This document shows, in pieces, positions 12,987 to 24,900 of a DNA stretch of 64,000 bases. This stretch comes from Paragordius varius (taxonomy: Eukaryota > Animalia > Nematomorpha), in NCBI GenBank assembly GCA_964247055.1, contig OZ176056.1, positions 5,022,001 through 5,086,000 on the forward strand, given 5' to 3'. The position numbers and the translations under genes were made by a program. A model generated the notes under the pieces. The model did no database searches. It was not told the DNA's origin and saw only the letters and a list, made by a program, of their open reading frames with translations. The number at the start of each line of letters is the position of its first letter. The first letter of the stretch is position 1.

Positions 12987-15900
12987 ATGATTATTAATTA
13001 TTTCATTATATCTGCCTTAAAATATCAATATATCCAGCCAGAATATTCAGATCCAAGTATGCTAACAACATTTAACCATATGTTTTTGGTATAGGCCCAT
13101 GTTATCCAAATTGTCTTCCCAGTTACACCTATATTCCAAAATTAATGGAATGTTGGTTTGTGAGTTCAATCAAAGCTGATTTTCAGGAAGCCACAGATTT
13201 ATGTAGGCCAGGTCATCTTTTAACATACAGTGAACCAACGGTTCCAGTAAGCATATTAGAAAAATTGAGGGTTTGGCATCTCTAAATTTATTTTATAAAA
13301 TATTTTCAGAGAGGGATTGGAACTAACACTACAAGAACCGTAAAATCGTTTTTTTTGGCAATATTAAACAAACGGGGTACTTTGATTCTAACTTGGAAAT
13401 TTACATTTCACAAATTAACAGAAACCCAAAATTTATGATATTTCGAAACCTGTTATTATACGGTTCCACACCCCTTTTTAATATATATATGTATATATAT
13501 ATATATATATCATTTTTCCCGGTTTAGAAAATATTAACAAAATTTACAAATTTGACGATACTTTTGGGCATAACATCAACTTTGACCAATGATCGATCCC
13601 AATTAATTTATACTGATATTTTTAAAAACAATCTTGGAACTTGTGGTCTAGAAAAGGTTTGTGAATGGTCCGGGTATGTTTTTTAGTATTATATTCATTA
13701 TTTATTTATAAAAAGGTATTATCGGAAAATTTATGAATTAATAAACGATTTATTAATTTTTAAAAAGCCATATATATATATATATATATTATTTGAAAGT
13801 CACTGGTTATTAGGCCAAAACTAAATACTAAAAATTTTCCAAAATTTTGATAAAACATATTAAATTATGTCTAGTAGAGGCTGATCGAAAGTCAACTCTC
13901 ATATATACTGATTTCAATTATTTATTTTGGGTACACGAATGTGGTAGATTAGCGGCATACATCAGCTTAAACGTCAAATCATGTTTATACAATTAAATTT
14001 TAATAGTTTAAAGTCAGAATATAAAGTTTCCTTTACTACAGGTTTAGTCATAAGTAGTGACCGCTTTTTTGGTTGAAAAAAACAATAACTTTGAAAGAAT
14101 ATATTATATATCGGCTTCTACACATTTCAGCCCTTGCTCAGGTATTGTATATGAATACCGTGCCACAAAAACTGATTGACTTTTACGGCAAATTTATCAA
14201 GCGATTTTCAACCGTCTTTAAAATTTTTAAGGCTGCCCTGCGAGAGGGTGTCTTATTGATGCGAAGTAGTATTAGTCAGATGACAGGTCATGAGAGTTGA
14301 ACGAATGCGAAGGAATATACCAAAGCAATTACGTGTCTTTCACTGATTGTCATGTATACTCATCATTGCCACAAAGCAAAAGTACTCTTTATCTTTGGAC
14401 GATTCCGGTCGTTTTTTGATGAATACATGGTTTGAATTAATCGTTTGGTAATAGAGTTGTATATTAACGATTTAACCGGGCAAAACACAAATGACAATGT
14501 TGCTCTGATCGCAAAACACAGAACACGGTCTTCTTGCCAAAGCGATTTGGCATTGCTATAGATGAACCGGCTTTAATAGGTTAAAGTACGACCTTTTTTG
14601 CCTGTCGATGCAAAAATGCTTACCTTTCTTGAAATTGTGGCAGAATTTTACAATTTGCGATTTTTGATTCATTCAAATTGTATTGAGCCATAACCGATTT
14701 TGTTGGTTCCCATTGTTCGTGGACGTCTTTTGATTGTATTTTTTTGATACATGTAGATTATATAGGTTTGTGTTGGGTATATCCAATAACTACTTTACGT
14801 TTTCGCAGTTGTATGGTCTCTCAGAGCGTTCTTTCTCTTTCCTATTACGATTTTTAAGATGCGAAATATTCACGTGTTTCTATAGAGTCGCCACATATTT
14901 ATCCAAACAAACTATAACTTACAACAGCTTTTTCTTTTAATGGCAATGCGTGCGCAAATTTTCTTTGGAAACGATATGATAACTGAAAGATAAAATAAGG
15001 TGTTAGTTGGCGAACTCAACTTGGTTTGTCGTTTAATATAATATGAACAAAATGGATAAATTAATAAAAGTTGCTTAATTTTCGCTGACTTCTTCTCTTA
15101 ATTAAACCGATAATTTATAACTACACCAGAAATAATAGTGCGACATGGAATATCGGTATAAAATACTAAGCATCATCTGGATAAAACAAATTTCTAAATT
15201 AATTTTTAGTGTTAAATAAAATTAGCAAAAATAACCAAACAGATATAATTATTTAGATAGATATATTTGAAAATTTTTCCAACTGATAAATGACGTTAGT
15301 TATTTTGTTTGGTCCATATTTTCTACATAGATGAGGTTTGTATTCATTTTAGCTTTGATGTTGAATCAAATGCATTTTATATAATCGTTTATTTAACTTA
15401 TTATTACATTTATTTATATTATTTCCGTTCTATGTATTATTTTCCATCTGAAATAAAATTCTTTCATGAATTTGCGTTTAATACAGAAAATCTTATGGAT
15501 CCTGCTCTTAAAAATATTATTCATAATACAGAATATTTATTGCCTATTTAGTCAATTTTAAACGTTCGGCAATGGAGGAAGATTCAAAATGTCTATAGTT
15601 ATTTTTAAAACCATATATACGGCTATTATTAAAGGTTATAATACAATATATTCCCTTAATCTTTAATTTAATTATTATTTTATTGGTTATATTTATTTTG
15701 AACTTTAATCAAAATATTTATATTTCCTTTAGGGCACTTCTCCTATCAATATTAACACCTTTTTTAATCATAATCACTTTTTAATTGACTAATTATAATC
15801 ACAAATTATACAGATATTTTTATTGATACTTAGCTTATAAAAATGCATAAATATAAAAGTTTCCCTTAAAAGCGTTAATTTTAATTAAACCTTATATTTC

Positions 15901-18900
15901 TAATGGCTGATTAAATATAATTGAAAGTTCTAATAGATAAAAGAAAAGTCAAATATTTATTAAAATTAAAGAATAACGGACTAAACATGCCTATTAAGCC
16001 TTTATATGACTAAAAATGTATAAGTTTGATTGGAAAGAAGTTTATTTTGGTTGAAAAGGTGTTGAGTTTGATCGGAAGAATGTTTAGTGGATAAAGTGTA
16101 GATTTTGGTTAAATACTCTTGAGTTTGACTGGAAAAGGCATATTTGATAGATGTTTTGAATTTCTATAAATATTTTACCGCAATTCAAAAGTTCTTTTTA
16201 CCCAAAAAGTTTCGAAACATCCCTCTTTAATTTTATCAGTTGATACTAAATTTTTCTTCATTTGATCATATATTAGTTTGAGGATAGAATATTTATATCT
16301 TAGGTTTTCCACACAGTAAAGTTTGTTCATCGATAATTAACAATTATATTTACTACAAATCCAAAATTTTCCAAAATCCAATAAGCGTTTTTCTATGATT
16401 ACAATTGCATGCAGCTATGTAAAACTTAAACAACCTCAACACAAACCATATCGATGTGAGAGTGTATTAAAAATTGTTAGGGAATTTGCCGCAATAACCA
16501 TATCATTTAAATAATATCTTGGGCATGAACGCACGAATTTCCAAATTTTCAACTTTATTTTCAATTAGGAAACGATCCTAATAATATGAGAAAATTTTAC
16601 TTTGGTTTTGACGTAATATCATAAAATATAAATTACTTGCATCTATTAGATTATAGAACAATTTATTTCTTTTAGCTATAAAATATATTATGTCCAATCT
16701 TAAAACTATAATTTAACAAGTACAATAAAAGCCTATCCAAATATTCAATGTTGAAAAGTTCCCTTAATTTTCCGGGTCAAGATAGAGTGAATAACATGCT
16801 TTATTTTAAACACCAATAAGCTACCGACTCTGACACTGTTCTCATACTTTAAAATCTGAATTAAAGATACTAAATGCACCAAATCTTTACGGCTTGAAAA
16901 AAATAGAAAAATTACCACTGTGATTAATATTCTTGTGATGATTGAACGCTAGTTTGTTTAAGCATTAAATACCTGTAGCTTGACACGCTCACTCAGTTCT
17001 TAACTCACCTTTAAATGATTTGTTCTCAGGATTGTACCAAATTAATTATAATTAATTTATTAGAGTGTTTCGTATTATTAAATTTCAAATACATAGATAA
17101 AAAAATTTTAACCCATAAAAACCATTTTATAAATTTTAATATTATTACAATTTTATATTTATCAAATTAATATTTTAGGGGTTTATATTTTCGGGCATCT
17201 AACGTTCCTGGCTGTATGGTAATGAAAGAAGAGATGCCCAGCTCAATTAATTGTTCGCAGAAGGAATATTATATGTGTGTCCATGCACGTTGCAGTATAT
17301 TAATATATTTCTATTATTTTCATAAAAATATCTTGTTTTTTAATAATTAAATTGTTTAAATAAAAAATGCAATCGCTAAGGCTATATTTAATAACATCAA
17401 ATATATTAAATCAATTTAGGGAATGGTAAATAGAACATCACCCAGGCAATTAAATAACTTTATTCGTCCAATTTTTTTTAAACATTAAAAAAATTAATTT
17501 TTAATAACCAATTAATTGCAATGAGATTGAAAACTAAATTTTATATTATAATTTTAAAAATCTTTGAAACAATGAAACCATAAACACGTTTTAGCCTTAT
17601 TATAAATAAATTAAAATAATAGTAATATATTATAACTATCAATATTTATTGTATAACATCTACACCTTAAATTCACCATTAAACAGTTCAAATACACCCT
17701 CGTCTTTTAAATTCACCCTAAAATGTTTTGTATTTTTGAACCAATATAGAAATATTTTTAATGGAAAGGCGAGTGTTGGCTAACACGGGGCCTTTCCAAA
17801 TATTTTGTACATTGTAAGATTTGAATTATTATACAAATACGATATCTGATTTGAAAATATATTTCTACAGAAATAAATATCTTTAGAATCATAATTTTAA
17901 GTGTTATTTGAGAACCTTAAATATTCATTCCTATATTTTTCGATTGCGCCGCGCATGTTTTTTCAAGCGAAAGTGTGGCTCGTAAGCCATTTTATTATTG
18001 ACCTCTGAAATTAGTGTATGAAATGTTTGAGGGTGATGAAATATTCAACGATGAAAAAACTGTATAAGGGTGAATTTGAGGCAATTGTGTTTGTTAGATG
18101 TGATATGTATGAGGAATAGGAAATAAAAGGTTTTACATTACTAATTTAATATATAAATATTAAAGACAAAATAATATTTCATAACTTTACCATTTTAAAA
18201 TTATGGTCATATTAGAAAAAGGTTATCTTGAACAATGCTCTTATGACAAGGAATGTGCCCATCCTACGCTAAAATTTATGTGTGTAAACGGTCGCTGTAA
18301 TTGCCCCTATGAATTGTATTACAATGATTCTGATGAAAGTTGTCAAAAAAGTATATTTAGCAAAAATTGAAAAATATAATTTTCTATTTTTTACAAAGAA
18401 TTGATTTGGGTTCCATTTTTTAAATATTGTAAATAAAAGGCAATCGAAACATATACAATACAGTTTTTGATTCCTATTTCTTTAGCTGATAATTTTTTTT
18501 ATACAGAAATAAATTTGCATCAACCCTGCCAATTGGATTATCAATGTTTAAGTAATCGCTGTTTAAACAAAACTTGCTTTTGTAGCCATGGTTCATGGAT
18601 GTTAAATTATGTTTGTCACCAAGGTGCTCGTTTGATTAAGACTTTAATTTCAAATCTTTTTTGAATGCATATCTTAAATTATATTATGAGACGCTTATTA
18701 ATTTAAACACATTAATATTGCATTGTATATTGTTGTAAATAGGTATAGAATTAAAGCGCCATTGCTTGTATAATAGATCGTGTCAGGCCAGAAATATTCA
18801 AAGCTTTTGTAACAGTGATAAAATGATGTGCGCATGTTTACCTAATGCATATCACAAAGATTTCAATTGCATTTTGCGTATAATTAATTTTTTATAGAGA

Positions 18901-21900
18901 TCAATATTCCAGCTACCATATTTTAACCCTGTTATTTAATAGGAAAGAGATTAAATTCCAGTTGCGTAGATAATCAGGAGTGTCTTTCAAAGTTTTGCAA
19001 TGAAAATTTGTGTCAATGCCAACCTGATTATTACGAATTAAATAAGACTTGCCACAAAGGTATTTCTTCACGCCTTAAATAATTGAACGGATGTATTGGC
19101 AATTAAAATATTTTAATATTATTTGAATCTAATTCATTTTTTTATCCTTTAACATTTCCAATTCACCCACAATTTTGAAATAATATAGAAAATTTTAAAT
19201 TTACCTTTGTGATTTACAGAAAAAACTAATTTGCAAAATCCAGACAAAAAACAATCATACTTTTTTTAACCGACCTATCATTTTGGCCAAAACAAGCAAT
19301 TATGTAAGGTACACTCGTTAGATAATAAAAATTGTTTAATATGTCAAATCAAGGTTTAAAAGAGTACGATTTTTGAATATATTGTATCTTTTCAACGGAT
19401 AAACTAAAACAAAATAACTAATATTGATAAAATATAATTAGAACAAAATTAAAGATGTTAAATTAAAAAAAGTTGTTATTCGAGTTATTATATTTTATTA
19501 TATTTTTAAATATCAAAAAAAATATTGACAGGGAAGGGCATCCATGAATCATGTACCACCAAATTGGAGTGCATTTCTGAATTATGTCTAAACAATAAAT
19601 GTTCTTGTAAATCTGGTTTCATTGTCAGCAATGACACGTGTATATATGGTATTAATTTATTTTCAATTTTTTGATCAATTTGGTATATGAATTTGGTGTT
19701 GTTTGGATACACCGAAAAAATGGGAACCATTGTCATATAGATAAATATTTAAAATTTGGCTACACAGCCTACTTCACCAAAAGTATTCTGATAAGACATA
19801 AAAATTCTTATGGGAAAAATAGTATAATCATGGTGCTATTTTTGACCTTTCGAGTTATATTAAAAATTTATTATCACTTTTTTGGTGCTACAGAGCAAAA
19901 TATGCGCACATTTTGTCAAATAATTTTTTAGTTAGTAAACGCTACATTCCTAAAATTACAAAACTAAATCATAAACTAAAAAACAAAGGAATATCTTAAT
20001 AAAATCAAAAATTTTAAATGTGAGTTCCGATTGTTTTGAATTTTTTACTCTGAAATTGGCTTGTTCTATATAAATAAATGCAAAGGGGCTTTTGCGAAAA
20101 TTTTAAATATTGGTCAAACTTTTACCTAAAACTCAAAATTTAATCTATTACAAAATTTTAGTGAAGCAAGTTTTTTGGTATTTTGCAGCATGGTGAAAAA
20201 CTTTCAAATATTATATAAACACTGTTTTCTATATAATTTCATGATGCTGAATTTTCTATCGCCTCATATTATATTTTTAAGTTCTTTTGCTATAAAAATT
20301 TTGGTAAATCTTTGTTAAAAAACAGTTTAGTTTTAACATAGATTTAAAGATGAACGATATTTTAATCGAAAATCCGATGTATTAAAAACGTTAAAAATTA
20401 TTAATTAATACAAAAAAAAATTTATTGTAAAAGTATTTTATATCGTTTCCATGCTTCAAAATAAAACACGTTTGAGTTCGCTTCACCGAATTACTATTAA
20501 TTAAATTTAGAGCAATTATAAATTTTTTCTGAAAATTTTTTTAAGTCAAAATTTAGCAGATAAATAAAATTATTATGGAGTGAAAAAACTTTTAGGGCCC
20601 ACATCTAAAATTAAGATATTATTAAAATATATGGTTTTGCTTTTTAAAAATTGTATATCAATTTTATGATATGTTCCATAGCATTTTGCTTCTACCAAAA
20701 CTATTTCCTTTGACACAATGCGCGCGAATGCGATTTTTTGATATCGAGCAATTAATACAAAATTGTAAAAATCATTCGTATTTTACTTGTTAATTCCCAA
20801 AACCAAAGCAAATATCAGAATCCTGTTACACTTATCAATCAGAAACTATATTTTATCAGGGTATTTTTTATATCATTGGTTAAGAGTATTCTAAGTCACA
20901 TGATATGGCGTACATTCGAATTAATATCGAAATAATTCAAATATAAACCCTTTAAAAGGTTACTTTACTTTAAATATGCGATCTAACTGTTTTTTATGTA
21001 TTTTAACGTGTAATTCTAGTTTGTTTTTCTGGGGACAATATAAATATAAGTATGAAATAGCATTTTAAAAAATATTTTGTTTTGATTCCAAAAAAATTAA
21101 ATATTGTGCACAAAATTAATAATTGCCTTTTTTTATAACACATAGACCCCTTCTATAAATGACATTTATTAATACACACTTTGATTAGTCTAAAATATCT
21201 AAATTATAAACATAATTTTGAATCAAAGTTGACACCAAAATTGAGTTTCCTCTTGGTTGAGGCATTTTAATGGTATTTAAATAAAAATTGACTAGTCCAT
21301 AATTTTGTTGTTTAATTTTTATGTAAATTAATAATATATAGATGTGCATGCGTGGCATAAATCATAATGAGCCTAAAAAATTAGATAAAATTAAAATTTA
21401 AACAATAATATATAAAAAAATTAAAAAACTGGCTTTAAATTCGATTAAAAATATAAAATAATATTTTTAATCGCTTTTTAAGCCAATATTTAATTTTTAG
21501 TTTTATTAAAATACGAAATTCCAATAATCATGCAAAATTATTATAATCATGATTATTTGCGATAATTTTAGTATGACAACGAATAGAAAGATATAGGCTG
21601 CCTTAACGTGCAATATAACCTCAAAATTCAGACTATTATACATAATGTACAATACTAATTTCTGTAATTAGGGTCCTATTTAGAAGAAAGCTGTAGATCT
21701 GATGATCAATGCGAAAGCATCTTTGGAGCATTTTGTGATATGAATAAAAAGCTTTGCAAATGCATGAGTCACTCCTATTCATCCGGCAATAAATGTTATC
21801 CAAGTATCTTTTTTTTATTGGAACATATTTTGATGCATCGTATGGTCCTAATCGGCACATTGTTCAATATTTTTAAGTAAATTTGTAAAGTTATAGTTTA

Positions 21901-24900
21901 TCTGATTTTTTTAATTCATTAAATTATTTCATATGTAAAAAAATATTATTTATGTAATATTTTTTTTCGAAAGAAATAAAAAATTAAATTGCATTTTATA
22001 GAATTGAAAAAGGGATCATTATGTCAATATAATTATGAGTGTCTGAGCAAATTTTGTAAAAATCGCCTCTGCACTTGTCCAATAACCAAATACGCTTCAA
22101 ACGATGTCTGTTTGAATGGTAATTATTTAATATTTTGTTAAATATATCCTATTAAGTGGGTTAAGACTATTACCATTTTTTATGTTTTAGTTATCTCACA
22201 TGAAAAACATATGTTTAATTTTTAGGTTCTAATAATAGCGGTTACAAAATAGCATCGTTTTTTATTAAGAGACCCAATTTAACTTTTATTACAAGAAACA
22301 TATTTTATATAAATTATAATGATATTATTATGTTAACCACCAGGGAAAAATTTGGGCGATATGTGTTCTTCCAACGAACAATGCAGTGCGAAAATATTCA
22401 ACAGCGTCTGTCAAGGTTCTTTTTGTGTTTGTGCCAAAAAATTCGAGTCACATCAGTCAGAATTTTGTGTTCCAAGTTAATTTCGTATTTATTTCCTTTA
22501 ATGCCATTTATATAAGTTTTAAATAGACATTTAATCTTACTTTCATATAATCATTTAGTTGATAGCACATATAACTGTAATGTACAAGTATTTTTTATCC
22601 TAAATAATTTACCCGCCTTGCCACATAACGACTTATCAAAGGAAAAGGCAAGTCTTGACAGAAATAATAGTTTTGAATATGAGAATGATACCTCCAAGGA
22701 TTTAGTGAATGTTTTCATCAAGCAAATTCAAGCTAAAGTATTCTAAATATATTATATTTAGTTGGATAATTTGTTGAATGGTGCATTTGAAGATGAATAC
22801 ATTACAGTTGCTAGTATATATGGGTATTTTATAATTAACGTTTGATTAATATATTAACGGTTGTTGTATCTAATAAGTCTTTTAGCGGTGTTTGCTAATA
22901 ATGTAAATGGCAATTTGAACTTTACCCTTTTGTTAACGGACTGAGAACTTTGCTAAAACAGTAGGTTTGTTTTGAAAAAAATAAGGTTAACCGGTTCTAC
23001 TAGTGAAACTTAAGTGACCTCATATTGTTTTGTGGAACACTATGATACTCTTTGCACCACCTTTAACAAATATCTATTTTAAAAATAGTTGATAATAAAC
23101 ACGTTTTTTGGTTAATTATAACAGCTCAAAATGTTATTGGTTATAAATGTACGAATTGTAGCTATTCGAAATATTATTTTGTGGAAAAGGCTTGATACAT
23201 ATTCTTTATATTTATTCTGAATGCATTTTAAAGCGGAATACTTTAGAATTTACTGCAACTATAAAAGCTCACTAGATATTACATTTTTTCCCAATTATTT
23301 TTCAAAGTTTATCAATCGAGTTGATTATATGCCAAAATATTTGACTATTGTGCAGTAGTACTTAATGTAGTGATACCCACATTTTTAAGTGTTGAAAAAT
23401 ATATTTATATTGCTTCATGGGCCGTGTACCATAAAATACCGTTACGAATTTCATAGCTTTTCGAAACTTGCAGACAATAATTAAATAAATAAATCAGGGC
23501 CTAAATAGCCTTTTTAGGGTGAATATGCGGTTCGTAAGCGGTAGGTTTGAGTATCAATGATAAAGCGGTAAAAATAAAATGATATTCAATTTATTGTATT
23601 TTCAATTTCAAATTTGAAAGCAAAATAACCTTTCAAACTAAATTCTAAGGTAGACATGTTAAGCAATATCGAATTAAAGAAAAAGTGTTTTTATATAATA
23701 TTAAAGCGTTTTAATACCGATCACATTTACGATCTGACTAAGACAGATAATAGGCTTGCAGAAAGTTTTAATTGCCATATCTCAAAAACTATTTAACATT
23801 TTCGAATTCTGTAAAATGGAGGAAAAAATTAAGTAAAATTAAATAATTTATAGATTAAAATAAGTTTGGGTGATATTCTTGGCACAAATTCGTGTTTTTT
23901 AAACCCCATTAAAAAACTTATAATTATGAAAAAGTTCTACATGATTTAGGTAAAAACAAATAAAAGGTTTTAAATATAGATTTAGCCATAGAGTATAATT
24001 TTATCGATTACACTAGTCGACAAATTTGGACTTTTTTGAGCACCACCATTCAAACTTTTAAATTATGACTAATTTCGGTGTTTTAAAACCGAATTTGAAA
24101 AAAATTTTGATCCCGCCAATCAGAATTTTGAAATATTATAGGTTTATCAATTTTTCAAAAACAAGAGAAAATCGAGAGAAAATTAAATATAACTTTATAA
24201 TAAAATGTTATTCTATTATAAACTTAATATCATTTAATAAAGCGTTTTAAACTCTATCTTTTGAATATAAATGTGACATTTAAATATCAGAGAGAAAAAA
24301 ATAGTACGGACTTAAACGTCAAAATTTAGTCTTTTTTTTCAAGTGAATTTTTAACACGTATAAAGAATTTTTAAAAAAATACTAAAAAAGGCAATCTATG
24401 GTTTAAACCTTCGGCTTTCAGATAGGCTATATTTTTTTTGTTAGTTTTCGTTCTTTCGAGTACTTATTAGGCTTTTCCTCTTGAGTTGGTTCTTGCAAAA
24501 AATCTTTTATTTATACCTAGTGGATATACCTTATTTTTTAAAATTATTGGTTGTTTTGTATTTTGAATTTCAGATGGATGTTGTGTAGCCACTTTTAGTA
24601 GAATTTACTGTTATGGGATTGGACCATTTGTATTTACCTAATTTTTATTCAATTTAATTGTAAAATTTATCAAACTTTATTCTGTAAATTGGTTAATTTG
24701 ACATGTCAATATGCCTGGAATTCGCTTGCAAGTGTCTCTTATTGGACTTTACGATTACTTATTGTTATCTTTGCCACATCTGGCATAATTATAGGATCGC
24801 TTGGGGGATATGCAGAGCTTGTGCAGCCCCCCGGATCTAAAACACTATACATTAGCCCTTGATTTTTAATACTTTGGCTCTTAGCTTGTTTAGTATCTTA

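Noticed and set aside
15309-15551. ORF considered as the missing middle exon of the lectin domain
   Set aside because: A phase-compatible join would need a weak GC donor and another unverified exon.
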